Source: Chamaesiphon sp. (GTDB lineage Bacteria; Cyanobacteriota; Cyanobacteriia; Cyanobacteriales; Chamaesiphonaceae). From it: 64,000 nucleotides of DNA. The translations under genes were made by a program, and so were the position numbers. The notes under the pieces are model-generated. The model had not been told where the DNA came from. It did no database searches and worked only from the letters and a program-made list of their open reading frames with translations. Below, one piece after another: positions 20,083-30,496 of the stretch; within the stretch, counting starts at the first letter, position 1; every line of letters starts with the position of its first letter. The stretch spans positions 1-64,000 of the forward strand of contig CBDFFH010000036.1 in NCBI GenBank assembly GCA_965246715.1, read 5' to 3'.

Positions 20083-20991
20083 ATGAAAACTAGATTCAGT
20101 CGCAATCAGCGTACTGTCAGGATTGCCAATCAAGATGGTAAATTGGTAATTGAGGGCATGAATAAGTGGTATCGTCACTGGCGCGACCCCTATCATTTGC
20201 TGTTGATTATTCCTTGGCTGGGGTTTGTCGCGCTCGTTTCGGCTGCATATCTATTACTTAATACTATCTTTGCGCTGGCATATTTGGCTGGAGGAGATTG
20301 TCTGAATGGGGCGCGACCTGGTTCGTTTAGCGATGCCTTCTTTTTCAGCGTTCAGACGTTGGCTTCGATCGGATATGGGGCGATTCATCCAAAGACATTT
20401 TATGCCAATTCGATCGTCACGCTCGAAGCGATCTCCAGTCTATTGCTGATTGCGGTAGTAACAGGATTGGCTTTTGCGAGATTTTCACGTCCGGTTGCCA
20501 AAGTACTGTTTAGTAATTTTATCATTGTTACCACGGATAATCTACAACCGACACTAATGTTTCGCGTGGCAAACGAACGACATAATTTTATTTTAGAAGC
20601 TAACGCTCAAGCTTATCTAATTATTGATGAACAGACGGCGGAAGGGTCATTTATTCGGCGAATTCACGAGCTAAAATTACTTCGCCATCGCACTCCAAGT
20701 TTGTTTCTATCCTGGACGATTATGCATCGGATCGAGCCAGATAGTCCACTGTATGGTCTCACCGCTGTAGATTTGCGCCACCGCCAAGCGAATATTAGCG
20801 TGTTAGTTAGTGGTGTAGATGAGACAGTCGCCTATACTATTAATGCGCGACATAATTACATCCCAGAAGAAATTTTGTTCGACCATCGGTTTGTGGACAT
20901 CATCCACAAGTCCGAGAATGGCGATCGATATTTTGATTATAGTCTCTTTCACGATGTCAAAGCTGCCGAATCAACAGATCCAACAGAGTAA
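20083..20991 (+). CDS. Inward-rectifier potassium channel (KirBac-like)
   Basis: AFFFSVQTLASIGYG filter, FARFSRP, Kir cytoplasmic domain. Confidence 0.92.
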   Translation: MKTRFSRNQRTVRIANQDGKLVIEGMNKWYRHWRDPYHLLLIIPWLGFVALVSAAYLLLNTIFALAYLAGGDCLNGARPGSFSDAFFFSVQTLASIGYGAIHPKTFYANSIVTLEAISSLLLIAVVTGLAFARFSRPVAKVLFSNFIIVTTDNLQPTLMFRVANERHNFILEANAQAYLIIDEQTAEGSFIRRIHELKLLRHRTPSLFLSWTIMHRIEPDSPLYGLTAVDLRHRQANISVLVSGVDETVAYTINARHNYIPEEILFDHRFVDIIHKSENGDRYFDYSLFHDVKAAESTDPTE

Positions 20992-21025
20992 ATAGCTTGG
21001 CAACACTTCGATCTCGCCACCAGAC

Positions 21026-21553
21026 TCACTGTTGTAGTTTATTGGCAGCAGCATCGAATAAATGCGCCCAGTAACTTAAATAAAAATATGTAGGTAAGTT
21101 GGCAGGCGGGTGTGAAAATAGATCGTGTAAGGACAAACCCGCACTCATCCCTAATAATTGCCAGCCGATAATTATCAATAAAATTATTGGTTTGCTCCAA
21201 CCACTAGTTTTCAAATCTAAACTAACTAATAGTCCGGCAACACAAAGTACTACTGTATCTACAAAAAATTGTAGCCAAGTTAGCAAAATAACCGAAGTAA
21301 TACTTGCAAAGATAATCAGAATAAACGCTCTAGTATCCGTCTTGAAAAATCCACCAAAGCTTAACGACACACTTCTACTGGGATAAGCAATAAATCCACC
21401 CAGGATGACTACGGCAAAAGCGACCGCCAACCAAATTACCCGATCGTTAGTCCAATCATAGAGCAACCAGCCAAAGGTAACATAGGTAAAAAACAACAGT
21501 GCCAATGAGAGGTATGGCAACTTGGGGGTGGGCGATGTTTGGCGATCGAACAC
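21026..21553 (-). CDS. Hypothetical membrane protein
   Basis: 175-aa hydrophobic ORF filling the gap between two genes. Confidence 0.7.
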   Translation of the reverse strand: MFDRQTSPTPKLPYLSLALLFFTYVTFGWLLYDWTNDRVIWLAVAFAVVILGGFIAYPSRSVSLSFGGFFKTDTRAFILIIFASITSVILLTWLQFFVDTVVLCVAGLLVSLDLKTSGWSKPIILLIIIGWQLLGMSAGLSLHDLFSHPPANLPTYFYLSYWAHLFDAAANKLQQ

Positions 21554-21671
21554 GATAAATTACGGCGGTGAAGGATGTCAATACAAGTCTACAACGGGAT
21601 GACTATTCCGAAAGCTATGCCAAAGCGCGATCGACCTGTAAAAATAGAGGAAGTCTAGTCTCTCACTCGCC

Positions 21672-22400
21672 ATGTCGCAACTACCAACTACTCTCGAAGA
21701 ATCGATCGCATTAGCGCAAACGGCTGCTCTAGCAGCGATTGCTGACGGGTATCAACGCATTACTATCGAAATCGCAATTCCCGAACTCAAGTCGATGGCA
21801 TTGGCACAACAATTTATCACCGCGTTTACCGATCGTGGTAGTACACTGAAGGTACTATTTCCCGATACTGGTGCTGCTGCGCTTGCGCGGCGGGATTGGA
21901 CGGATATTAATTTCAAAATTGACGATTTGGGTAGCAGTCGATCGCCAGTAACCGATAAAATGCAAGATGAAGATCGGTTATTTATTGCGATCGAGCCGTC
22001 AGCCGTCGAAGTCGCACAGGTAGAAAAGTTATGTAATGCCGCCGGAGATCGTCCGGTAATCTTATTCTTACCTAGACTAGAAGATGCCGCGATCGTCGGG
22101 ATCGGCTATGCTGCGCGCCAACTGCGCGATCGCTTTTTGACTACCCTAAACACTGCTTACTATATCAAGCCTTTAGAAACTGCGGCGATCTATCGCTGTT
22201 ATCCGGGACAATGGCAAGTGTGGCTGGAAGAAAACGATGACTACACCTTGCTCGCCGAACGCGATAGCAAACCCGTTGGTGATGAATTAGATGAGATTCT
22301 GATGCCAACGACAACTACCCCCGGCACCAATAATATTGCCGCAACATCGGGAGGAATTTTTGCTAGCTTGGGTCGATTTTTACGAACTTTAAGTAGATAA
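21672..22400 (+). CDS. DUF1995 family protein
   Basis: FPDTGAAALARRDW and YRCYPGQWQVW motifs. Confidence 0.88.
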   Translation: MSQLPTTLEESIALAQTAALAAIADGYQRITIEIAIPELKSMALAQQFITAFTDRGSTLKVLFPDTGAAALARRDWTDINFKIDDLGSSRSPVTDKMQDEDRLFIAIEPSAVEVAQVEKLCNAAGDRPVILFLPRLEDAAIVGIGYAARQLRDRFLTTLNTAYYIKPLETAAIYRCYPGQWQVWLEENDDYTLLAERDSKPVGDELDEILMPTTTTPGTNNIAATSGGIFASLGRFLRTLSR

Positions 22401-22438
22401 TATAGCAGTTGCGATAATTAAGATTAGATCCTCAAGCA

Positions 22439-23053
22439 ATGAAAATAAAACACGCGATCGATCTCAGTAAAGGCTTAACTTCATTCTTTGTCTTGGGGCT
22501 GATGTTTTTCTACCATAATTTTACGCTTGGAGCTTGGGTATATCTAGCCCTCCATGGCACTTATTGTTGTCTGTGGCTGCTCAAAAGTCGGATCTTTCCT
22601 GACAAACAATGGGAAGAGGAAGTTTCGCTGCCACTCGGTATTTTTACCTTTATGATGGTAAATCTCTACTGGATCGCACCGTTTATTTTGATTAGTAGTG
22701 GGACGGTGCCACCATTGCCATTGGTTGCCGCTGCCATTTCGTTAAATATCTTTGGGATCTTTCTGCACTTTACTAGCGATGCCCAAAAATACTATACCCT
22801 CAAGTATCGAAAGGGATTGATTGAAGAAGGATTTTTCGCCCAGTGTCGCAATACAAATTATCTCGGCGAAATCTTTATCTATACAGCTTTTGCCATGCTA
22901 ACTCAGCACTGGATTCCCTTCGCAATTTTGACAGCTTTTGTCAGTCTCATCTTTATCCCCAACATGGTGAAAAAAGATGTGTCTTTATCCCGCTATGCTG
23001 ACTTTGCTGAATACAAAAACCGTTCGGGACTGTTATTTCCGAAGTTATTTTAA
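22439..23053 (+). CDS. DUF1295/ICMT-like membrane protein
   Basis: SDAQKY and RNTNYLGE motifs; multiple TM helices. Confidence 0.8.
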   Translation: MKIKHAIDLSKGLTSFFVLGLMFFYHNFTLGAWVYLALHGTYCCLWLLKSRIFPDKQWEEEVSLPLGIFTFMMVNLYWIAPFILISSGTVPPLPLVAAAISLNIFGIFLHFTSDAQKYYTLKYRKGLIEEGFFAQCRNTNYLGEIFIYTAFAMLTQHWIPFAILTAFVSLIFIPNMVKKDVSLSRYADFAEYKNRSGLLFPKLF

Positions 23054-23176
23054 CGATGCGATCGACTGCAATAGCGATAATGCTAGAGTCGAGATCCAAA
23101 ACTCGATCGACCTCTCCCTTTAGCAGCTCTAATAGAGCCTGGATGTCGGCTTCCAATCTAAAATAAAGCGTGAAAT

Positions 23177-23413
23177 TTATTCGCCCCGGTAGCTATCACC
23201 AGCGGCGATTGCCGCATCTTGGCGCGGGGGAATTTTGCCAGTCACTTCGAGGTCACGCAGAATATAGTTGAGCTGATTGGCAACAGCGCTAATCGAGATT
23301 GGCGATTGGCTGTCGAGATGGCGAGTAGCCTGCAAAAAATGTAAGCGCATTTGCCAAGTAGAGTGACTTGGGTGCTTATTTAAATACTCTATGACGCTAT
23401 GTCGATCGATCAT
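23177..23413 (-). CDS. Small hypothetical protein
   Basis: 78-aa ATG ORF in an intergenic gap. Confidence 0.5.
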   Translation of the reverse strand: MIDRHSVIEYLNKHPSHSTWQMRLHFLQATRHLDSQSPISISAVANQLNYILRDLEVTGKIPPRQDAAIAAGDSYRGE

Positions 23414-23676
23414 TTATGCCACCGAGGTTGTTGATACACGTATTATCCCCCGATCGTCAACAATTGTGTCGCGATCTTAATAATTTCGTCGTTATTCTAA
23501 TAATCAAGCGATTGGAGATCGACCGGATGGATCGCTGTTAAGTAAGTGCAGCCGCATCTTTCAAGGAGATCCGAGATCCACAATGACCAGCGGTCGTTCG
23601 CTCGAAATTGCTAAAACAAATAACACAGCTCAATTTTTAGCAATTGTATCGGGTTATTAAGGATTTTATCGCCATT

Positions 23677-24360
23677 CTAATAATTGAGCCGATATCCCAC
23701 TTTCCGGATTGTCTCGATTATCGGCATGGACGGCAAGCTGTTCGGCTCTGGTTGCCCGAACTTTTTACGGAGCGAGAGGATGTGCGAATCTACCGTTCGC
23801 GGATTGTCCACATCGATATCCCAAGCGCGCTTGAGGAGTTCGCGGCGATGGACTGGCTGACCGTTGGCTTGAGCGAGCACATAGATCAGACTAAATTCTT
23901 GAGGACTGAGATCGATCGATTTATCTCTGATATAAATACAGCGCCGCACCAGATCGATGCGTAAATCGCCATAAGTCATGTCGGTGGGAATATTTGTTGC
24001 CAACCGATTTCGTCTGAGCAAAGCTGCCACTCTCGCCATGAATTCTGGCATTCCAAAGGGTTTCTTGAGATAATCATCGACTCCCGCCTCCAGCGCGGTG
24101 ACGACATCAATCTCCCGAATTCGCGCCGATAGCATCAAAATCAACGATGTGTTTTGCGGATATAACCAGCGACAAAATTCGACACCTTCACCATCGGGGA
24201 GGTCGGAATCTAAAATTGCTAGCGTCGGCAATCCGGCTTCGCAACGTTGATAGGCATGTTCTAACGTTGGGGATTGCTGCACCTGATAGCCGACTTGCTG
24301 GAGATGCCAAGCTAATAGCGATCGTAAGTTGTGATTGCCTTCAATAACGTGAATCCGCAC
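23677..24360 (-). CDS. nrrA: OmpR-family response regulator NrrA/Rre37
   Basis: IEGNHNLRSLLAWHLQQ N-terminus, LSPQEFSLIYVLAQA and DNPRTVDSHILSLRKK, as I recall them for NrrA. Confidence 0.8.
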   Translation of the reverse strand: MRIHVIEGNHNLRSLLAWHLQQVGYQVQQSPTLEHAYQRCEAGLPTLAILDSDLPDGEGVEFCRWLYPQNTSLILMLSARIREIDVVTALEAGVDDYLKKPFGMPEFMARVAALLRRNRLATNIPTDMTYGDLRIDLVRRCIYIRDKSIDLSPQEFSLIYVLAQANGQPVHRRELLKRAWDIDVDNPRTVDSHILSLRKKFGQPEPNSLPSMPIIETIRKVGYRLNY

Positions 24361-24531
24361 ATGTTTTTCAGCTAATTTTGTTGTAATTGACCAATCTAGC
24401 GATCGAGCTGAATATTTTAGAGCACTAGATTAGATGAGAGTATTATCTAACAATCGATCGGTTTATTTGCGTACAAAAATCAGTGTTTTGGAAATTTATT
24501 GGATTAAAATATATGAGATCGAAATTCCGAT

Positions 24532-25233
24532 GTGGCGATGAGCAAAGTAGTAACATTTCCGAAGATATTGCCACCGTTCTTTCATAGTAGCATTCTCCAG
24601 AAAGCGCTAGTAGCCGGATCGGGGAGCTTACTGATCGTGTTTACGATCGTCCATTTACTGGGCAACTTGCAGATCGTGCTGGGAGATCGAGATCGGTTTA
24701 ATCTTTATGCTGCCTATTTAAACCACTTGCCGAGCTTGCATCTGGCGCTAGAACTAGTTTTGCTTGCTGCTCTGGGCATTCATATCTGGTGTTCGATCGC
24801 GATCGCGCGACGCAATCGTCAGGCTAAACCCCAAGCTTATGTAGCAACCCCATGGTGGCGAAGTTTAACCGATCGAACGATGATCTACACTGGCCCCTTA
24901 ATATTGGTGTTTCTGGGCGTTCATCTCCACCATTTTCGGTTCGGAGCGATCGAGCGTTATCAGATCGAAATTCTGGATCGATCGATCGCCGACTGGCACA
25001 ACTTTGTCACTGATACCTTTACCCAATCCACTTACACCAGCTTTTATCTGGCGATGATGATTCCCTTCGGCTTTCATCTCCAGCATGGTGTCAATAGTGC
25101 TGGACAGTCTTTAGGGATAGTTGGGAATCCGTGGCTCAAGCGCGGCAGCTGGCTACTAGCAGCGGTACTATCAATCGGATTTGCCACGATTCCGACTTGG
25201 ATTTACTATTCTCATCGGGCGTTGCTAAATTAA
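24532..25233 (+). CDS. sdhC: Succinate dehydrogenase cytochrome b558 subunit
   Basis: HLLGNL, HI, VHLHHF and FHLQHG heme histidines in five TM helices; upstream of sdhA. Confidence 0.88.
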   Translation: MAMSKVVTFPKILPPFFHSSILQKALVAGSGSLLIVFTIVHLLGNLQIVLGDRDRFNLYAAYLNHLPSLHLALELVLLAALGIHIWCSIAIARRNRQAKPQAYVATPWWRSLTDRTMIYTGPLILVFLGVHLHHFRFGAIERYQIEILDRSIADWHNFVTDTFTQSTYTSFYLAMMIPFGFHLQHGVNSAGQSLGIVGNPWLKRGSWLLAAVLSIGFATIPTWIYYSHRALLN

Positions 25234-25399
25234 TGTATGAAACGCACAAACAATTTTTGTAGGGGTAATGCCTCGTGCTTACCCCGCATCGATTTAGGGT
25301 ACCCACAAGCGGCGTTTTTATTCGGGGGTTCCCCCCGAATAAAAAAACGACAAGACAGGGGCACCCCTACAAAAAATCATACCCATATTCAGCAACGCC
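25218..25399. mobile_element. MITE family C (182 bp)
   Basis: TIRs GGCGTTGCTAAAT / ATTCAGCAACGCC; 8-bp target duplication TCTCATCG at 25210-25217 and 25400-25407. Confidence 0.9.
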
Positions 25400-25515
25400 T
25401 CTCATCGATAGGGAATAGGGAGTAGTCAATCCAAAATCCGTCTTGACTGAAATACATGCGGAGGTTTCCTCCGCGCGATCTAAGTCGCAAAATCCAAAAT
25501 CCCAAATCCCTAATC

Positions 25516-27423
25516 ATGCTGAACGATCGCATCGACCATCATATTCCATTACCCGATCGCTGGGATGCGTTTAGAGATAATTGTGCCCTAGTCAGTCCTG
25601 GTAACAAAGCCAATCACCCGATTCTGGTGGTTGGGAGCGGACTTGCTGGTGCGTCTGCGGCAGCCACGCTCGCGGAACTCGGTTATCCAGTAAAAGTTTT
25701 TTGTTTGCAAGATTCGCCGCGTCGCGCCCATAGTATCGCGGCTCAAGGCGGGATTAATGCAGCTAAAAATTATCAAAACGATGGGGATAGCGTCTGGCGA
25801 CTCTTTTGCGACACGATTAAAGGTGGTGACTTTCGATCGCGCGAATCCAATGTCTATCGACTGGCGCAGATTAGTAATGCGATTATCGATCGCTGTGTAG
25901 CTCAAGGCGTACCCCTAGCCCGCGAATATGGCGGACAACTAGCCAATCGTTCCTTCGGTGGTACTTTAGTCTCCCGCACCTTCTACGCACGCGGACAGAC
26001 CGGACAACAGTTGCTGATAGGAGCTTATGGTGCCCTGATGCAGCAGGTAGCTCTCGGTCGGGCAGAGATTTTACCCCGCCGGGAAATGATGGACTTGGTG
26101 GTCATCGACGGTCGCGCGCGGGGCATTGTGGTGCGGAATTTAGTAACTGGGGAGCTGGAGAGCTATCTGGGTGATGCCGTAATTCTGGCCAGCGGTGGCT
26201 ATAGCAATGTCTATCACCTCTCTACCAATGCCAAAAACTCCAATGCTTCGGCCGCTTGGCGCTGTCATCGGCGCGGTGCATTCTTTGCCAATCCTTGCTT
26301 TACCCAAATCCACCCCACCTGCATTCCCGTCTCGGGGGAATATCAATCAAAACTCACCCTGATGAGCGAAAGTCTGCGCAATGAAGGGCGGATCTGGGTG
26401 CCCAAGCAGGTCTGCGAGCGCCGTCCACCACAGGATATACCTGAAGCAGAGCGCGATTATTTTCTAGAGCGGCAGTATCCCACCTACGGTAACTTGGTAC
26501 CGCGAGATATTGCCTCCCGCAGTGCCAAAGCCGTTTGCGATCGTGGTGTCGGTGTCGGCGCGACTGGGCGGGCGGTATATTTAGATTTTCAAGATAGTGT
26601 GGCGCGATCTGGCGTGGAGTCGATCGCGAGTAAATACGGTAATTTATTTGAGATGTATCAAAAAATTACTGGTGAAGATGCTTATCGCGTTCCGATGAAA
26701 ATCTATCCAGCGGTTCACTATGTGATGGGGGGACTGTGGGTAGACTACGCTCTGATGACGACTATTGCAGGCTTATTTGCGATCGGTGAGGCTAATTTTT
26801 CGGATCATGGAGCCAATCGGCTGGGAGCTAGTGCGCTGATGCAGGGATTGGGCGACGGTTATTTTATTATCCCGGATACGATCGGCGATTATTTAGCCAA
26901 AGCTGACTTAAAACCCCTGGGGATGGATGTCTCGATCCCCATCGAGCGAGAAGTGCAGCACCGGATCGATCGACTCTTGGGGATTCAAGGTAAAAAAACA
27001 GCCGCTACTTTTCATCGCGAACTAGGCCAGATCCTGTGGGAATATGTCGGTATGTCCCGCAGCGCTAGCGGTTTGGAAACGGCCAAATCGCAAATCTCCC
27101 AGTTGCGTCAAGAATTTTGGCAGCAATTGCGGGTACTCGGTACCGGACAGACATTAAACCAAGATCTGGAGCTAGCTGGCAGGGTCGCAGATTATTTGGA
27201 GCTAGGCGAATTGATGGCTGATGATGCTCTAGCTCGCCAAGAGTCCTGTGGTGCCCATTTTCGGGAGGAATTTCAAACCGCCGAGGGTGAAGCCGAACGT
27301 AATGACGATAAATTTGCCCATGTTGGGGTATGGGAATATAACGAAGTCCCTAGCTCTAGTTCCCGCCATACTGAAACCCTGATTTTTGAACATCTTCAGC
27401 CCACTCAACGCAATTATAAATAA
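25516..27423 (+). CDS. sdhA: Succinate dehydrogenase/fumarate reductase flavoprotein subunit
   Basis: [23 protein letters not shown] and HGANRLG motifs; ATG at 25516. Confidence 0.95.
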   Translation: MLNDRIDHHIPLPDRWDAFRDNCALVSPGNKANHPILVVGSGLAGASAAATLAELGYPVKVFCLQDSPRRAHSIAAQGGINAAKNYQNDGDSVWRLFCDTIKGGDFRSRESNVYRLAQISNAIIDRCVAQGVPLAREYGGQLANRSFGGTLVSRTFYARGQTGQQLLIGAYGALMQQVALGRAEILPRREMMDLVVIDGRARGIVVRNLVTGELESYLGDAVILASGGYSNVYHLSTNAKNSNASAAWRCHRRGAFFANPCFTQIHPTCIPVSGEYQSKLTLMSESLRNEGRIWVPKQVCERRPPQDIPEAERDYFLERQYPTYGNLVPRDIASRSAKAVCDRGVGVGATGRAVYLDFQDSVARSGVESIASKYGNLFEMYQKITGEDAYRVPMKIYPAVHYVMGGLWVDYALMTTIAGLFAIGEANFSDHGANRLGASALMQGLGDGYFIIPDTIGDYLAKADLKPLGMDVSIPIEREVQHRIDRLLGIQGKKTAATFHRELGQILWEYVGMSRSASGLETAKSQISQLRQEFWQQLRVLGTGQTLNQDLELAGRVADYLELGELMADDALARQESCGAHFREEFQTAEGEAERNDDKFAHVGVWEYNEVPSSSSRHTETLIFEHLQPTQRNYK

Positions 27424-27795
27424 CGTAAGTTCGGGACAAGAAAAATCTATTTGCTCCGTTCCAACACCGCCCTGAACTATAAGTTCGGGCTAATAGCTCA
27501 AGTTCTCTTTAGAGAACTGCTAAATTGTTTAGTTCGTTAAAACGAACTTTGCCATTAGCCCCCGCTTTGTGAAACACATGGCAGGGTAGTTTCATACACC
27601 AGAATAAAAATCTTTCAGTTCACTTCAGTGAACTTTTGCTATTAGCCCCTGCTTGGTGCAACACATGCGGAGGGAACCTCCGCGTGATTGCATCCGCAAA
27701 TTCATTTGCGGGCGGTGCTCAAACGAAGCTAGGATTCATAGATTCTCCAAGGAGAGGCTATCGACAACGGAAATTTTTATCCCAAACTCACGCTA
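27421..27795. mobile_element. MITE family A with nested mini-elements
   Basis: TIRs TAACGTAAGTTCGGGACAAG ... TTTTATCCCAAACTCACGCTA; internal hairpins shared with 50781-51021. Confidence 0.8.
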
Positions 27796-27823
27796 GTTAA
27801 GCTTTTTAGCGATCGGTACCTGT

Positions 27824-28273
27824 TTAAATCGTACCGTCAGGCATGATGGTACGATCGTAGATGTTGCCTTTTGCTACTACGCCATCTAACGTAGCACCAC
27901 GGAAGTCTGTTCTGGTTAAATTGCAGCCAAGCAATTGAGTACCGTTATCAAAAAATGCGTTCGTTAACTTAGCATCTGTTAAATTTGTCTCCGATAGAAA
28001 GGCTTCAGAAAAATTCGCACTAGTCAAATTTGCTCCACTGAGATCTGCTCTGCTCAAATCAGATTGAGCAAATCCAACCTCTTGTAAATTGGCACCGCTC
28101 AGATTCATTCCCGAAATATCACACTCACACAAGTCTTGCCCCCGAAAATCAACACCACTCAAGTTCATTGCTTCAGGTACGACAAAATTAATAATATATG
28201 GCCTAAAATCTCGAATTCCCTCAGCATAAAGATTGAGAAGTTGCTCTTCAGATATCGGTTGCTTATCATTCAT
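27824..28273 (-). CDS. Pentapeptide repeat protein
   Basis: EEQLLNLYAEGIRDF leader followed by A(D/N)LxX repeats. Confidence 0.9.
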   Translation of the reverse strand: MNDKQPISEEQLLNLYAEGIRDFRPYIINFVVPEAMNLSGVDFRGQDLCECDISGMNLSGANLQEVGFAQSDLSRADLSGANLTSANFSEAFLSETNLTDAKLTNAFFDNGTQLLGCNLTRTDFRGATLDGVVAKGNIYDRTIMPDGTI

Positions 28274-28397
28274 GTTAAATAAAGGTACTAGGATTTGGTT
28301 GGTTTGTTATTGTACCTATTGCAATTATTCCCGTTTATCTCGATCGCACTTCTAAAATATAAGTTAAATTTAATATCGATCGCTATTCACTCTCCCG

Positions 28398-29144
28398 ATG
28401 ACTAATTTAAATTTTCAACTAGCCATCTGGCGACAAGCTAGTGCTAGAGAGCAGGGAAAATTAGTTAACTATGAAATCGACGACATCTCACCAGAGATGT
28501 CATTTCTGGAAATGCTCGATGTATTGAACGAGCGACTGATAGCTAGCGGGGAGGAGCCGATTCAGTTTGATAGCGATTGTCGCGAGGGAATTTGTGGTAC
28601 TTGTAGTCTGACGATCGATGGCATACCGCATGGCGGACAGGGTAGCACCTGCCAATTATATATGCGGAAGTTTACTAATGGCGCGCGAATTACGATCGAG
28701 CCGTTTCGCGCTCGTGCTTTTCCCATAATTAAGGATTTGATTATCGATCGCAGTGCCTTCGATCGGATTATGGCGGCTGGCGGCTATATCTCCGAACATG
28801 CGGGCAGTGCCCCCGATGCCAATGCGATCCTCATTCCCAAAGCCGCAGCCGAGCAGGCATTCGATCTGGCTACTTGTATCGGTTGCGGTGCTTGTGTTGC
28901 CGCTTGTCCCAATGCTGCTTCAGCTTTATTTGTCGGCGCGAAGGTGGCTGAATATACCCACCTCCCCCAAGGGCAACCAGAGCGCGAACTGCGAGTGCGC
29001 AATATGGTCGAGGCGATGGATGCTGAAGGTTTTGGCAATTGCTCCAACCACGGCCAATGTGCGACGATCTGTCCCCAAGTTATCCCGCTGAATGCGATCG
29101 CTACTTTGCGTCAGGAGTATTTTCGCTCTTTATGGCACAGGTAA
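28398..29144 (+). CDS. sdhB: Succinate dehydrogenase iron-sulfur subunit
   Basis: CREGICGTC, CIGCGACVAACP and CSNHGQCATICP motifs. Confidence 0.95.
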   Translation: MTNLNFQLAIWRQASAREQGKLVNYEIDDISPEMSFLEMLDVLNERLIASGEEPIQFDSDCREGICGTCSLTIDGIPHGGQGSTCQLYMRKFTNGARITIEPFRARAFPIIKDLIIDRSAFDRIMAAGGYISEHAGSAPDANAILIPKAAAEQAFDLATCIGCGACVAACPNAASALFVGAKVAEYTHLPQGQPERELRVRNMVEAMDAEGFGNCSNHGQCATICPQVIPLNAIATLRQEYFRSLWHR

Positions 29145-29425
29145 AGGTGTAAGTGAAGTATCTCTAAAGTTATATTTATATCTGCAAAAGGTATTTCTTT
29201 AGATAGATAGATTCAATTTCGATCGACAATATTTTGTGAAATTGGAACAACTAACCGAGCGCTACGATCTAATCTATATCTAGTGTTACCAACTATTTTT
29301 GCTATTGGCGGTAATGGCGATCGCTACACTCGTACCCACCAATGATGTCCGATCTTTAGCAAGATCGTTTATACCAAACCGAGCTGTTTTAATATATCCT
29401 AGTGAATATGTCGAGGGATTTTGCC

Positions 29426-29677
29426 ATGTTACAAACTATCGAAACGATCGGGCACTATCAGAGAATTACCGATGCTTTAGTCGAAATGTGGCATCGTGGA
29501 TACCGCTTTGATGATTTGCGGTTATATCTTGATGGATATTTAGCTGCTTTACGCGCGACGAATGTTTTAGAAGCTTATCAGGTCAATCGACTTGAGGAAG
29601 AAACGATGCGCTACGTTTACGACCCATCCAATTTTGAATTGCCCGAAGTCCAAAGGGAAACGGATTATTATCGTTAA
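29426..29677 (+). CDS. Conserved cyanobacterial protein (DUF6761-like)
   Basis: YQRITDALVEMWHRGYRFDDLRLYLDGYLAAL motif. Confidence 0.8.
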   Translation: MLQTIETIGHYQRITDALVEMWHRGYRFDDLRLYLDGYLAALRATNVLEAYQVNRLEEETMRYVYDPSNFELPEVQRETDYYR

Positions 29678-29684
29678 GTCGAGT

Positions 29685-29727
29685 TAATAAGCAGGGCTAA
29701 GTAATTACTACTTAGCCCTGCTTATTA
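29685..29727. terminator. Bidirectional intrinsic terminator
   Basis: TAATAAGCAGGGCTAAGTA-attac-TACTTAGCCCTGCTTATTA between convergent genes. Confidence 0.8.
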
Positions 29728-29731
29728 TCGA

Positions 29732-30055
29732 TTAACTTGCGAAAGCAACTTCAACCATTTGTTGGAGTTCACCTTTTTGGTAGAGTTCGGTCATCACATC
29801 AGAACCACCAATAAATTCACCATCGATATATACTTGGGGAATCGTCGGCCAGTTAGAATATTCTTTGATTCCTTGGCGAATATCTTGGTCGGCTAAGACA
29901 TCCATCGTTTCGTAAGGTACGCCGAGAATATTCAGAATTTGGACGACTTGGTTGGAAAAACCACATTGGGGCATGAGTTTATTGCCCTTCATGAAGACCA
30001 TGATTTTGTTCTGTTTGACTAGAGTATCGATGCGTTCGCTGGCTGGAGCAGTCAT
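29732..30055 (-). CDS. grxD: Monothiol glutaredoxin Grx4
   Basis: PQCGFS, WPTIPQ and GGSD motifs; ATG at 30055. Confidence 0.95.
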   Translation of the reverse strand: MTAPASERIDTLVKQNKIMVFMKGNKLMPQCGFSNQVVQILNILGVPYETMDVLADQDIRQGIKEYSNWPTIPQVYIDGEFIGGSDVMTELYQKGELQQMVEVAFAS

Positions 30056-30136
30056 ATGCTTTAGGATGATTGAAGGTGAATAGTGCGGTTGGCGATGCGA
30101 TCGGAACGACTCAGCCAAAGATTTTGGTAGAGAAAG

Positions 30137-30394
30137 TTAATTTTCCGCTTGCCATGTTTCGGGAGTATAAGTTTTGAGTGCGAGGGCGTGAATTGCTTCG
30201 CTAGCCATTGCCTCACGCACGGTACTATATACCAGTTGATGTTGTTGGATTAAGGACTTGCCTGCAAATCGATCGGAAACAACCACTGCTTGATAATGAT
30301 CGCCCCCACCCGTTAAATCGGTAATTTGGACGATTGCTCCGGGTATTCCTGCTTCGATCTGGGCTTTCACTTGACTGGGAGTAATCGCGCTCAT
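30137..30394 (-). CDS. bolA: BolA family protein
   Basis: GGGDHY, QQHQLVY and IHALAL motifs; paired with grxD. Confidence 0.92.
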   Translation of the reverse strand: MSAITPSQVKAQIEAGIPGAIVQITDLTGGGDHYQAVVVSDRFAGKSLIQQHQLVYSTVREAMASEAIHALALKTYTPETWQAEN

Positions 30395-30496
30395 TCTAAA
30401 ATAGATCCGGTTGCTCTGTATGTATTTAGATTATAGCCTGAGGACGATTCTCATTTTAAGCGTCTACACTAATGCGCTAGAGTGCGATCGGGTAAC

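Noticed and set aside
24361..24531. Expected NtcA box upstream of nrrA
   Set aside because: No GTA-N8-TAC match found by eye in this interval
25237..25425. 62-aa ORF MKRTNNFCRG, also at 55618-55821
   Set aside because: Lies within MITE family C; the duplication reflects the repeat, not a protein family
25456..25515. N-terminal extension of sdhA in the ORF track
   Set aside because: Derived from a mini-element and CCAAAAT repeats; ATG 25516 is the more plausible start
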